A stretch of 64,000 nt of DNA, from assembly GCF_032191835.1 (NCBI RefSeq), contig NC_083228.1:29016001-29080000 (forward strand), read 5' to 3'. The position numbers and the translations under genes were made by a program. Position 1 is the stretch's first letter, and each line of letters opens with the position of its first letter. This stretch comes from Heteronotia binoei (taxonomy: Eukaryota). A model generated the notes under the pieces. It saw only the letters and a program-made list of their open reading frames with translations. It made no database searches and was not told the origin of the DNA. Positions 24,524-37,647 of the stretch are shown here, piece after piece.

Positions 24524-25335
24524 CAGGAGTGTCAAACTCATTTGTTATGAGGGCCAAATCTAACATGAGACCTTGTTGGGCCAGGCCATGTTGGGCTGGG
24601 CCATGTCAGACCAGGCCAGGTGTGTACCTGTTTAAGATTAAGTAGCAGGGATATAAACTTTATAAAGGACACAGACAAATGCAATTAAAAAAAAAACTTA
24701 ACACGTTAGCACTTATTGGTCTTAAAGGTGCTTTCTTTGTATTTCTCCCACGGGATCCAGGGAACTGGGCAAAGGAAGCTCTGGCTCTTTCCTGCCTTCC
24801 CCAGGGGACCAGGGTGGGGAGGAGCCTCAGCCAACAGAAGGAACAGAGGCTTGGCTCAGTAGCTCTGCTGTGTGATTGAGTATGCCTGGCAAAGCATGCC
24901 TGACAAGGTTTGGGGAGGGACAGTGGCTCAGTGGTAGAGCATCTGCTTGGTAAGCAGAAGATCCCAGGTTCAGTCCCCGGCATCTCCAACTAAAAAGTTG
25001 GAGGCAAATAGGTATGAAAAACCTCAGCTTGAGACTCTGGAGAGCCACTTTCAGTCTTAGTAGACAATACTGACTTTGATGGACTGAGGGTCTGATTCAG
25101 TATAAGCTTCATATGTTCATACGTTCATATCCCTCCTCCCCTTCCTCCCCAAGGAAATAGCCTCAGCCAATGGAGAAAATAGAGGTTTTGCTCTGTAGCT
25201 CCTGTGCGATTGAGCAAGCCTGGCAAATAAAGCTGTTATGCAGAAGGAAGCAGATGACAGCCAGTTGCTTGGGGGCCTGATAGGAGCCCTCCGGGGGCCT
25301 GATTCAGCCCATGGGCCACATGTTTGACACCCCTG
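24524..25335. mobile_element. Non-autonomous hAT (Charlie-like target) element containing a SINE, itself inside an older MITE
   Basis: TIRs CAGGAGTGTCAAAC / GTTTGACACCCCTG. TSD ACCTAGAG / ACCTAGAA. Reverse-oriented homolog at 37648-38246. Confidence 0.88.
24912..25130 (+). mobile_element. tRNA-derived SINE (second family)
   Basis: GGGGAGGGACAGTGGCTCAGTGGTAGAGC...CAGGTTCAGTCCCC...GAGGGTCTGATTCAGTATAAG, ending in (CATATGTT)-like repeats. Confidence 0.9.
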
Positions 25336-25619
25336 ACCTAGAAATTTTGAGAAGGGTCAAGCCTGAGAAGGGTCAAGTTGGGGGAGGAACTTCAGTGGGG
25401 TATAATGCCACACAATCTATCTTCCAAAATGGCCATTTTCTGTAGGTGAATTGATATCTGTCATCTGGCGATCAGTTGTAATTCCAGGAGATATCCAGCC
25501 ATGACTTTGAGGTTGGCAGCCTTAGTACCTATGCCTTCAGCATCTCTTGGGTATAACCTGCCACCCTGACCTGAAATGCCACCTCTTTTTCCCTGGGAAA
25601 ACTGGCCTCTTTCCTGTCT

Positions 25620-26350
25620 CACCCTGACCTAGCCACAGTAATCCACACAATGGTCATCCTGAGACTGGATTAGTGTAACTCACTTTATGCTGGCTGGTCT
25701 TTGCGACTGATCTGGAAACTGCAGCTGGTCCAGAAACTCCAATTGGGTCCTGATGGGAATGCCATCAACCACACATATTCAGCCTGTGCTTTACCAGCTG
25801 CACTGGCTCCCAGTGGAGTAGCAATTCAGATTCAAGGCTTTGGTGCTGACCTGTAAACTCATGAGTGGTCTGGGACCCACATATCTATGGGACCACCTCT
25901 TCTGGTATGTCCCCCAAAGAACTGTATGGTCTGCTGAGAACAACTTACTGGTGAACCTTAGCCTTAAAGACTTCCAACAGTCCTCAACCAGAGCCAGGGC
26001 CTTTTCAGCCTTGGCTCCCACCTGGTAGAAAGCTCTGCCAAATAACATGTGTTCCCTGTGGGACCTTACACAGTTCTGCAGGGTGTGCACGGCATAGATG
26101 TTCTGCTGGGATTTTGGTTGAAGACAGCAACAGGTACATCCTATCTGGCACTCCCTTCCCCCACCCACCCTGCTTTTTCCTGCTTATTGCAAGGCAGTAA
26201 TGCACACTGTGTGATTGTTTTGGTGCCATCTGGTAATATTTTTTTGCAATTTTAATTTTTGGATTTAAATTTTTACAGTTTTTTTTTTTGTTATCTGCCC
26301 TGAGCTCTGTGAATTCAGAGGAGAGTAGATGAATCTAAATTATAAATAAG
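25620..26350 (+). mobile_element. Decayed L2 3' fragment
   Basis: Recognisable LDYCN/KLQLVQ/LHWLPV.QF.FK motifs with frameshifts. Tail CTGCCCTGAGC...TAAATAAG. Confidence 0.8.
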
Positions 26351-27299
26351 ATAAACATCTTCATTTCATGACAACTTTTTGTGGCCCATTTTCACACATT
26401 AAGTCTCTGGTATAGAGAACAGAATATTTTCCTCCAGGCCTGCTGTTGGCAACTGTAATTCCCAGTCCCCTCTGAATTGCACTGTGACCAGGGAAAGGCT
26501 GTAGTCTGAATTTTGTTTGTAACCCTGAGATTCTGGGCTGCACATTCTTTCAGATTAGTCCCTTTATGCCTTTCCCCTTAATTTGTGTGATGCTACATAT
26601 GCGAGCAATTCACTAAGACTGACAAAAGATCAGATAAAAATAAATCAACATATAAAATATCAGTAGGTAAAAAACAGCTCCAGGGTACAAGGAGATCTCT
26701 CTATGTGTAGGACTTTGTTTTTTAAAAAAAATCAGAGTTGTGATAATTAGCACCTTTGTCACTGTTGATTAGACAATTTCCTTCAGAATTAGTTTAGAAA
26801 GCCAGCAATTTCTGACAGGAAACTGAATCGAGGCATGTTTAACCATTGTGTACACACATATTTATTTTGTCCCATGGTCACCTCCGGCCAGTGAACCAGG
26901 TAACTTACCCAAATCAAAAGAAGAGTGAGAGTGATCCTATTTTCAGACCTCTTCAGGATTCCAAAAGCAGAACCAGCCTGTATCACATCAAGAAGAAGAA
27001 CAATGTGCCATCAAGTAGCAACTTATTGTGAGGACTCCATCCATGGAGCACTCCAGGCAAAAGATGAATCGTGGTGGTTTGCCATGGCCTTCTTCTGCAT
27101 AGCAAACCTGGTCAATTCTGAGCAGCTCCCAAGCTCTGATGAACCCAGGCTAAGACAGGCTATTCAGTATGCTAGCACTACATCAGAGGTGCCCACAATG
27201 TTGTAGTGATATTTTAGGTTAGAGAGCAGAAATGAAGGCAGGAATGAGTGAAAAACAATAAATGCAGGGTTTTTCTTTGTAGCAGAAACTCCTTTATCT

Positions 27300-27729
27300 T
27301 ATTATTATTATTTCGATTATTTGTATTCCTCCCTTTCCCAGAATAACATCATATTAAATAACATTTCAGATTATACAATTAAAAACAGATAAAATACAGT
27401 TAAAACAGATAAAATATATATATACTACATTGTGGATGGTGATGTAGTTAAATACATTTGCAACATGCTAAGGTCTGTGACTGTAATTAAAATAAATGAT
27501 GGCAACATAACAGAAACGATGTCATTGCATAGAGGCCGGTTGATGGAATAGGACGCCCGCTGCCTCAACCGAAGGCCTGGTGGAATAGCTCTGTTTTGCA
27601 GGCCCTGTGAAAAGGTAATAATTCAGTGTGGGCCTGGATCTCCATGGGGAGCTGATTGCACCAGGTTGGGGCCAAGACTGAAAAGGCCTTGGCCCTGGTT
27701 GAGGCAAGTCGGACATCCTTCGGACCAGG
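27300..27729 (-). mobile_element. L2 3' fragment
   Basis: Minus strand encodes STRAKAFSVLAPTWCNQLP...FHRACKTELFHQAFG, the same C-terminus as the 42432-42941 ORF. Confidence 0.85.
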
Positions 27730-28225
27730 TAGGGTTGCCAAGGCCAAATCAAGAAATATCTGGGGACTTTGGGGGTGGAGCCAGGAGACATTGGGGCAGA
27801 GCCAGGAACAAGGGTGTGACAAGCATAATTGAACTCCAAGGGAGTTCTGGCCATCACATTTAAAGGGACAGCACACCTTTTTAAATGCCTTCCTTCCATA
27901 GGAAATAATGGATAGGGGCACCTTCTTTTGGGGCTCATAGGATTGGACCCCCTGGTCCAATCCTTTTGAAACTTGGAAGGTATTTTGGGGAGAGGTACTA
28001 GATGCTATACTGAAAAATTTGGCACCTCTACCTCAAAAAACAGCCCCCCTCCAGAGCCCCCGATGCCCATGGATCAATTCCTCATCATTCCCTATGGGAA
28101 TCGTTCACGGAGGTGCATGATGGCTGTGGGGGAGGGGCTTCCCCCGCCAGCCAGCTGGCTGGGGGAGGGGGGAAGTCTGTAAAACCGGGGGATCCCCCTC
28201 TGGGACCTGAGGATTGGGAAGCCTA
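27730..28225. mobile_element. Non-autonomous hAT-type element inserted at the L2 fragment
   Basis: TIRs TAGGGTTGCCAA / TTGGGAAGCCTA. Exact 8-bp TSD GGACCAGG (27722-27729 / 28226-28233). A close homolog starts at 51822. Confidence 0.9.
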
Positions 28226-30211
28226 GGACCAGGTATGGTCAATAGATGTTGTGCACCGAGCTCCTCTTACAGAGCCTACTGTAAGCTCTTGGAGGACTGG
28301 CTACATCAGGGGGGTGTAGCCTAATACACAAAGGAGTTCCTGCTACAAAAAAAGCCCTGAATAAATGTTAATTATGTATATGGAGTATTTCAAGTATCCA
28401 ACATGATATATGAAACTGCCATCTAGTTTTAGTCATTTGAACATTTTTTTCCCCAGAGATATGGTCTTAAATAAGAACACCTGGCACCAGATGACCCAGA
28501 GGCCAATGAACTAATCAGTAGACAAGGATAAGTAACCACTGACAAACAAACTAGACAGAATCATGAGTATGAGGGAAAATTCCTTCCTGATAAAGATATG
28601 GCAATTGGCTAAATTTCACATGGGGCTTCAAAATATATTTTAGCCATGAAGGAATTCATCCCCATTGGACAGACATTCTTTCTGTTCAACTGTAGCCCTT
28701 CCTGGTGCCCCAGAAGAAAGTTGTGTTTCTAGAAATATGCATACAATAATAGCACAAGTGTACACTTTACTCTGCCTGAAAGGGAAGGCCAAGTTTACAT
28801 TCTTGTCTGCCATAGTGCCATGATGTCACCCCTTTGGTACTTCCTGCTGATAAAAATAGCATGAGCAATGACGGACAACCTGGGTGAGGGCCATTCATGC
28901 AATCCTTATTTTACATAGTGACCCATTTCTCAACTCACATTGGTATGTTCAACCCCTGTTGGGTAACATAACCACACTGAGATATGCAATGGTAGAACAA
29001 GTTCCTTCAAGAACTGGTGATCTCCTTCTCCAAGTATTTGACATCATACACTGAATACCAAAGTAGAAAGCTGGTCTTGTCAGATCAGAGTGACCGGAGT
29101 CCACTGTACGCTTATTTTTATCCTAGTCTATCTCTATTGTTCTGTGGCATCTTTGCATGGTCATTTCCAGAACATGTTTTGCACTGTAACTCGCTATGCC
29201 TTGCTAAGCAGGCTGCGGGTGTCTAAACTGTTTCCTATTCTGAATCTTGACTTATCCCATATGAATATAGCTAATACTTAAAAAAAAAAAAAGCCATCAG
29301 AGGAACAAATTGGATTTACACTAAATGCATAGTTCCTGCTACTGAAAACCAGCTGAGGCATGTCTAGATCTCCCGCCCCCTCTTTCTCTTCTAGTAGAAA
29401 TTACAGGTTTCCTTCTAAGCTCTAAAACATCTTTTCATGCCCATTACCACACACCTAACCTCTACTTAAGGCACAGGGCATTTTCTCAAGGTTTTTGGAA
29501 ACCCTAGCAAGGGATAAGGAAAAATTGTGGTGAGAGAAGGGAACTGGGTGCAGGGTTGCTACTGGGTGGCATCCGTGCATTTAAGGTAGTTTGGCCTTTA
29601 ACTTAGATTTTATTAAGCATTAGAAAATCATGTCTATGACAAGGGTTGCCAGCAGCATGAAGAAAGAGTGTCCTTTTAAATAGCAATAGGATGTTATTTA
29701 CCCAGTGATATTATTTATCGCAATGCTATGAAGAGGTTTTCCTGACCATTTCCAAAAAAATTAAGCCTCTATTAGAGGGCTAGGACACTTTTCTCCAGGC
29801 CATTTGACATCCAAGCTTAAAACAGCACCCCTTAAAAACTACGTTGTGAAAGATATGATTTAAGGAGTCTCACGCTGACACAAAATGGCTCATTCCATTC
29901 TAATTTTATTGTGCTGGTGCAAGGGTAGGGAGAGTCTGGATCAAGGTGAGCCAACTGAAGCTCAGTCTAGACCAAATGGAAGTGCTGAGGCCTGAGAATA
30001 GTATTTCATGCTGGTCTGGTGGGGGTTGTACTCCCCTGAAAGAGCATGCTGTGAATACTCCTGGTTTCCAAATGCAGTCCTTGATAGATAATGGATGCAA
30101 TTAGGGCTGAACTCCTAAGAACACTTTCTTGGGAACAGCCTCCCTTGAATAAAATGGAATTTGCTTCCAAGTAGACTTTCCTAGGATTGCTCCCCAGGAT
30201 GGGTTTTTAGC

Positions 30212-30904
30212 TAGAGGTGCCATCCTCCAGGTGTGACCTGGGGATCTCCAGACTACACATATCAGTTCCTCTGGAGACAATGGATGCTTTGGAGGGTAGA
30301 CTGTATGGCATTGTACCCAACTTAGGTCCGGTTTGGCATAGTGGTTAAGTGCACAGACTCTTATCTGGGAGAACCAGGTTTGATTCTCCACTCCTCCACT
30401 TGCAGCTGCTGGAAGGGCCTTGGGTCAGTTGTAGCTCTCACAGAGCTGACATTGAAAGGACAGCTTCTATGAGAGCTCTCTCAGCCCCACCTACCTCACA
30501 GGTAGTTTGTTGTGGTATAGGAGATTGTAAGGTATAGGAATGTATAGGAGATTGTAAACTGCTCTGAGACTCTGTGATTCAGAGTGAAGGGCGGGGTATA
30601 AATCCAATATCTTCTTCTTTTAGAAAATTTGGAGTGCTCGCCCTCCCCCCTCTCATGGGCTGGCTCCTTCCTGCCCAGGCGACATGTGACGGGGTAAGGC
30701 AAGTACTCCTTCTCCCAGTCCCCTGCCCAGGTGGAGCCTGGGGAGGGGGTGGTTTGAAGAAGGGAGGGACTTCAGTGGGGTATAATACCATAGAGTCCAC
30801 CTTCCAAAGCATCCATTTTCTCTAAGTGAACTGATCTCTGTTTCCTGGAGATCAGTTGTAATCCCAGGAGATCTCCGGCCACTATCTGGGGGTTGGCAAA
30901 CCTA
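30212..30904. mobile_element. Older TAGGGTTGCCA-family hAT element with inverted arms, carrying a SINE insertion
   Basis: Ends TAGAGGTGCCA / TGGCAAACCTA. Arms are inverted copies of the MITE body seen at 58930-59157. Possible degenerate TSD GTTTTTAG / GATTTCAG. Confidence 0.55.
30330..30619 (+). mobile_element. tRNA-derived SINE (Squam3-like)
   Basis: GGTTTGGCATAGTGGTTAAG...GGTTTGATTCTCC...GGGCGGGGTATAAATCCAATATCTTCTTC. Confidence 0.9.
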
Positions 30905-31330
30905 GATTTCAGACACTTTTGAAGGCAATCCTATGTAGTATACATGCCTTAGTAGCAACCAGGTGGGACTACCATGTACATTATCTGGGGCTGCTGTTAA
31001 AGATGGTCTGGAAACTTCAACTGGTTTACAGTGTGGAAGCCAGAATGTTAACAGGTTACTGTAATAAGCATATAACTCTTATTCTGTATCGATTATATTG
31101 GCTCCTAGTCTGATTCCAGGCTGATTTTTACTTGTAAAATCCTAGATAGTTTGGGCCCAAAGTACCCCCTTCGCCCATCTACACTTGCCCACACTCTTAA
31201 GATTATCTGAGGAGGCTTTAGAAAACCCCAATTCAGGAAGTAGATTTGGTGGGGGTCCATCTTTTGTTAGTTAGCTCTAGCATTTAGAACTTTCTCCACC
31301 AGGAATTCTGCTTGGTTTTATCATTACAAG

Positions 31331-31530
31331 CAGGGCTTATTTTTGAGCAGAAACACAAAGGAATGAAGTTCCGGCTGGCTTGATATCAAAGGGTGTGGCC
31401 AAATATGCAAATAGTTACTGCTGGGCTTTTTCTAAATAAAAGTCCAGTGTGGAACAATGGTGATATCAGGGGGTGTGGCCTAATATTCAAATGAGTTCCT
31501 GCTGGGCTTTTGCTACAAAAAAAAGCCCTG
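31331..31530. mobile_element. hAT-type MITE (octamer-bearing family)
   Basis: TIRs CAGGGCTTATTTT / AAAAAAAGCCCTG. Exact TSD ATTACAAG (31323-31330 / 31531-31538). Sits in a decayed L2 fragment (~30950-31590). Confidence 0.9.
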
Positions 31531-34124
31531 ATTACAAGGCTTCTGACATCAGCTGGAAACATTTCTGTTTTGGAAGGCCTTTTAAAATTAGGTTCCCATC
31601 TTGGTTTGAAAAATAAGATGTGAATGCGGCTATTTTAAAACTTTCAGTGAATAAAAGCAGGCCTCATTTTGGAGCTCTGAAACCTAATTTTTATTGTGCT
31701 CTTTCTTACCCACCCCCCAAAAAACAAATACTTGCTTCTGGGCTGTATTGTTCAAACCCCCTGTGAGAATTTTGCTGAACTCTAAGATTTGAAAAACTTT
31801 CTAATATTCCCCCCCCCCCCACAAAAATTGGAAAAATGATCAAAACATATAAATCAGACAGATGGAAATCTTCATCATGCCACTGTGGCCACATAGGAGA
31901 AAGAAATTTAAAAAGGTTTTATTATGACAATTATAATTCATTTTAAGGTAGATGCTTTGCTGATATAATTTAGTACACCTTGCAGAGATGTCAGGGGTGT
32001 GTGACATATGCAATGAGTGGTGCTAATGAGCTCCGGCACCTCTTTTTCTATGAAATGACCCCTGAATAAAGGCGTTAATAACTTATTGAAACTATGATTA
32101 TATCTGTGTTTTATTGTTACAGTTAGCTTTCCTGAACATTTTTCATAGAAAGGTAGTGTATAATTATTCTAAAGGGAATAAAATATAGAAAAATATAAGG
32201 CACTTAGAATGAATCCTATCCTGCTCAGCTAGATCTTGACTATACAATCATGCCATTAGTTTCAGTCCACCATATATATTATGCAGAGAAGTGATCTACC
32301 TCACAGGATTGTTTTATGGGCAACCACAATAAAGACTGAAATGCTGCAAATTATAATGTTACTAGGAGTAAGACCCATTGTGAAGAAAAATACAATGGGC
32401 TCTAGAAGGAGGCTCCAGGTGAATGCCCCCCTTGTTGTCTTCCCACCCACCCAATTGAAGGCCTCTCCCTCTAGGGGAGTTTATCTCTGCCATCTGTAAT
32501 TCTGAGTGACCTCTAGCAGTCACCTGGAGATTGGCAACAGTGGTTCCTAGGAGGAAATGGCATTGTACCTGTGAGGTCCCACCCCTCCTCAAACCCCACC
32601 CTTTCCAGGCCCCACCCCTTAAATATCCTGGAATTTCCTAATCTGGAGTTGGTAACTCTATCTCCTTCCCTTTACTTGCCCTTCTGACTTCAGGTTTCCA
32701 TTGCCTCCCACTCCCTGCAGCCTCTACATAGGAAAAGGACGGTCTTTCTCCACAGTGGAGGGGACCAAGGCAGCTTACATCATTCTCCTCTACCCCCGTG
32801 TGATCTGAACAACAGCCCTGTGAGGCCCTTTAGGCTGAAAGTCTGTGACTGGTCCAAAATCTCCCATTCAGCTTCTACAGCAAGAACCTGTGCCTGGCAG
32901 GCCCCACTCTGAAGCCCTGACTCCTATGTCCTCCTCAAATTCCACTACAGAATCTCCAGGGATTTCCCACCAACCTGGAACTGACAGCCCTAGTCAGCAC
33001 TGGGCCCAATGAGTTCTACCTGAGAGGGCATTAGTGATACCTTTCAGACCAGCAGTCTGTCTCTGACTTTTTCTGCTGTCTCCTTCCTCCCTCAACCAAT
33101 TGAAGCAAGATTTTCTTTCTCTCCTCTGTGAATCAGTGCAACAGGTGGCTCAGCCAAGGGGGGAGAGTAGGGAGAGCCAGTAACTGCTAGATCTAAGGTT
33201 GGTTGCATTTTACTGACAGAATCTGCTTTTCTGGGTTGCAACGCGGGAGAGAGGAGCTGACTCAATCAGTGGCACACAAGTATCCTTGATTGATAGTTTG
33301 GGGGGACAAAAATTGATGAAGTACAGTCCCACCCATTCCTAATGAATCAAGATGTTGGGATTTCCCAACATGAAACCAGTTATATGTCTATAGAAAAGTG
33401 AGAAGAAACAATTGCTTAAACCAAACCAAGTGCTCTGCATAAACTAGTTTGAACAATGGACTATGTGAAAGAAACCCAGAACTATTATGTAATCTAGAAG
33501 AGTTAAGATTATGTGAGATAAAAAGCCTGATTTTTTTTGGTAACCTGCTGCTTTTTCTGGAAGCCTTTTTGTCTTAATCCAATTTATCACTCCAAGTTGC
33601 AACTGATGGTTCTCAGAGAGATTAGCACACACACCCATGCTTGTTAGTTTGGTCAACGTGGAAAGAACCTTTAGTATGTACATACTGGCTTAGCTAGAGG
33701 CCCTTGTCTGTTCTATTTCAAAGCTTCTTTGGTCTTCAAGACAATTTGCATAAATTACACATAACGACACTATCATGTCTGACAGTCCCTCCAACCTAAT
33801 TAGGGATCTGTGAGGTGAAGGAAGGGAAGGAACACGAACTGAGAGAGCAAAAAGTAGAAGTTAAGCAAAGAATTATTGATACTTTCTGGGTTCACATAAA
33901 GAATAGCTCAGAAAGACTCTTCTTGCAGCACATATATACCATATTAGGAACTGATTGGTATATAGTTCAATCCGAAACTGAATTTGACTCTTCTAAATCC
34001 AGTGGACTACACTGTTTCGGATTGGAGTGTAAATAGAGTTACAGATTTTAGCTTGGGAAATTTCTGTTAATTTGGGGGAAGTACTTGGAGAGATACTTCT
34101 GTTTCTCTTAAACTCTATGGTAAA

Positions 34125-34401
34125 TAGGGCTGCCAAGCCCCCAGGCTGGTTGGGGGTTCTTCCACCCTAGAGGTTCCCAATCTGCTGGCCCACATTGGGC
34201 TGGTGGAGGGAACCTCTCCGGATGTCAGCGGCATGATGATGTCACCCGCATGTGATGTCATCATGCTGGTGATGTCACATGCCAGCCACTCTAGGCATTT
34301 CTGGGAAAACTCTATAGTTTTCCCGGACGCTCTAGCAATTTGGGAGGGGAAACTCTATGGTACCTATTGTACCAGAGACTGTGGGGGACTTGGCAACCCT
34401 A
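34125..34401. mobile_element. hAT-type MITE
   Basis: TIRs TAGGGCTGCCAAG / CTTGGCAACCCTA. TSD ATGGTAAA / ATGTTAAA. Homolog at 61808-62051. Confidence 0.88.
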
Positions 34402-35179
34402 ATGTTAAACCATTGATCTTGTCCTCTGAAGTGACCATTTTATCTAGGGGGCCTGATCTTTATGTCCTGGAGATCAATTATAATTCCAGGAAAACTCTAG
34501 GCCCCCACTTGTAGGCAAGTAACCCAGAGACAGAAAGAGGCCAATGTGAAGCTCACTAGTTGGACTAAGGCAGGACATTTTCTCTCACAGTTGAGCTGAG
34601 GGGATATGGCTTTGAGTACCTTGGAAGATGGGTGGGATACACAATTACCTCAGCAGCCTCTTATTGCAGAGACTGGTTTCAAGGAAACAGCTTGATTATC
34701 TTGTCACACCCTCACTGTTAAGGTGTGCTACTGAGTTATGGAACGGCCTAGAAACTTTAAAGTCTCTTCAATTACATATAGCAAGAGAGCAATATGTGAC
34801 TTCTCTTCAGGGTTTATTCTGTCAATATGATTTAGGATATACCGATCCCAGAGATGAGAGTGCTTCAGCCAACCAAAAGACCATTCATGGCCTCATTTAA
34901 GCAACTGGTCAGTCATGATATTGTTATTTGCTCTGGCCTCTGAACATGGTTGAAGCAAACAACTGAGAGAATTCTGGGTACAAGATCACAGTCCAAATCC
35001 TGAAAAAATGTGGTTTGCCCCAACAGTCTGTAGGTTGACAGAGCCATTAACGCTACCTCCAGCTGGTTATGGTTTGACCATATAATTGCCCTGTAAAAAA
35101 TGATAGTCTACCCTGTCTCAGGCAATGAAAGAGTTTTTTCAATACAGACAACTTACATTTTCAGGAAGGTAGAGCAGAA

Positions 35180-35400
35180 GATCAAAGTAGGAGTCAAGTT
35201 GCACCTTTAAGACCACCAAAGTTTTATTCAGAATGTAAGCTTTCGTATGCATGCATACTTCTTCAGATGGGGGGTTGGGGTATAGTACAGTGGGCTGAAA
35301 CACATGCAGCTGGTGGGTTAAGAGTGTAAACTGATACAAAGTTAGGATTAAATGGCAAAATAGTGTAATAAATTGGAAGACCATTTGGTCTGGATAGTAA
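35180..35400 (-). mobile_element. Penelope-like terminal (pLTR) remnant with intact hammerhead core
   Basis: Minus strand CTGAAGA-A-GTATGCATGCATAC-GAAAGCTT followed by AATAAAACTTTGGTGGTCTTAAAGGTGC, as in the other Penelope remnants here. Confidence 0.7.
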
Positions 35401-37137
35401 TAAAAGGTAGTAAAAGTTGCCTGTTAATTGCTTTTACTACAAGTTTAGGTAAAACCAAAGGACATGCATTTCCTAGTAGAGCAGACGTTTATAAGAAACT
35501 GGCGCAAATCATGGTTTGATTATGAAGGCATGAAAGCAACCACCATGGCAAGTTAAGGAAGGTCACCTTTCAGATACTGAGACATTTCAGACTTAATAGC
35601 CTTCCATTCCACAGGCAGTCCAAGGTACTCTACTCTTACCAAAGGGTGCCACCTGCTGGGGTAAAAGGGAGGGCATACTTATCTTTATTCTATGCTTTCC
35701 AGCATAGTGGTTTTTAGCCATCACCATCCAGCCCCCCAGGCATTATCTACAATTTGGGGAGGGGGCAGTTTGAATCTGTGTGGGGAGCACATTTTGGCAT
35801 TAGGGATTTCACACACACCTTTTCTGTATTTTCACTGGCTTATGACAGCAGACTGCCCATGTCGCCCTGAGGATAAAAATCCCAGATTCAAGATTTCTTC
35901 CCCAGGTTCTTTAAAAAGCACTACACTGCATATAGGAAGCACACCTAACATTAAAGAGTTGGCTGATGGCCGGCAGGCACAAGGCTCTTGCTGAATGCCT
36001 GAGATTTGTATATCAAATGCATATATTACCTATATAAATAAAATTCCCCTTTTCTGGAGTGCTGTTTTTAACATCCCATATTTAGGCTAGTTGCTTGTGA
36101 CATTCAATGATAATCTTGCAGCCTTGATGGGTGATAGCTGATTAAAGATTAACAACTGTTGCTCTAGCAAATCTGTATTTCATGTCTGTGCCTGTTATGG
36201 CCAATATATTTTGTGACACGGATACATATCCACTTAATAGAAAGGGTATTTATTCATTTTCATTTATTGAAGGATTCATATCCTACCCCCCTCCTGGGAT
36301 TCAAAGTAGCTACCATGCAGTTCTAGGCCTAGCTATTGGGGAGTAAGCCACAGCGAACAAATTTGGACTTTTCCCCATGTAAACAGGCACAAGAGCAGCC
36401 AGCCCAGTTTGAATGTTTTGCAGACTCAAACTGATTTACTTAAAGGTATAAAGTTCTATTGCCTTCTAACGTGGAAGCGTTCGCTCTCCAAATGGCATCA
36501 AGGAAATAACATTGATTGTGTTTTAGGTAACAAAAAAACCAGGTGGTTTAGTAAGTTGAATGCAATAGAAGTTGCATTTAACACAATTCTCCTCATAAAG
36601 AGGGCATGGCAGCAATAGCTGAGGTTCATAGACCCAGAGATAAATTGAATCAAATTCTTCCTTCACTGAGCCATCCAGAGAGAGAAGGGGTGGGGGGGAG
36701 AGTTTGGAGCCTTCAAATGCCTTGTGCCTGAAGGCATATTTTAACAATGGTATAATATCTGATGAGAATCTAAAGTTGAAAAGTTTTGCTGTTGCTGAAA
36801 CTATATGACTAGATTCAATACTAGGTCTTTTTGTACACATCTGAAAATACCCAACTACTGGAACCACTCAATGAACCAGCCCAATATTTGACTTTTTCCT
36901 TTCCTCTCTGTTTTGATGTGATCTGAGGCAGTTTATCTGGGTTTTCACTTGATAACTATATGTGCTTTTTCAAAGATAAGATGTCTCTTCTCCTACTTGA
37001 ACAACCATTCTTTCCTTTTATCACTTCCATCCACCATCCTATGGCTTTTTTATTGCCACTCTTTGTTTCCATTCTTTAGACTCCTGGGGGGAAAAAACCC
37101 CAAGAGCTGCTTAAACCTTAGAATGAATATTTTAGGG

Positions 37138-37273
37138 CAGGGATGGCCAGCTGTAGCTCTCCAGATGTTTTTTGCCTACAACTCCCACCAGCCGCAGCCA
37201 GTATGGCCAATGGCTGAGGTTGATGGGAGTTGTAGGCAAAAAACATCTGGCGAGCTACCGTTGGCCACCCCTT
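37138..37273. mobile_element. Palindromic hAT-type MITE
   Basis: Near-perfect inverted repeat (CCAGATGTTTTTTGCCTACAACTCCCA / TGGGAGTTGTAGGCAAAAAACATCTGG). TSD TTTTAGGG / TTTTTGGG. Confidence 0.9.
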
Positions 37274-37647
37274 TTTTTGGGCATTCAGCTCAAAGGATGA
37301 AGACCTTTGAATACTCAGTCCAAATGACTAGGGTTTCCAGCTCTGGATTGGGAAATACCTGGAGATTTTGGGGGTGGAGCCTGAGGAGGGCAGGGTTTGG
37401 GGAGGGAAGGGACTTCAATGGGGCATAATGCCAGAATCCACCATCAAAAGGAGCCATTTTTTTCAGTTGAACTGATCTCGGTTGCCTGGAGATCAGTTGT
37501 AGTCATTGCTCCCTCTAAGCTGAGTTAGTGTGAGCTAGCTCACAGTTGTTTGGCCCCAGAGCAAACTAATTTATGCAGGAGCTCACAACTTTAATGCCGG
37601 TAGCTCATGAAGTAGGATTTTTGCTCACAAGACTCCACAGCTTAGAG

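Noticed and set aside
24912-24990. tRNA gene (also 18910-18980, 43303-43375 and other SINE heads)
   Set aside because: A and B boxes are present but the cloverleaf is broken and the sequence continues into a shared SINE body.
26925-27206. 93-aa ORF with acceptor-like TTTTCAG, plus an opposite-strand GTAAGT donor
   Set aside because: No recognisable homology and no consistent exon chain on either strand.
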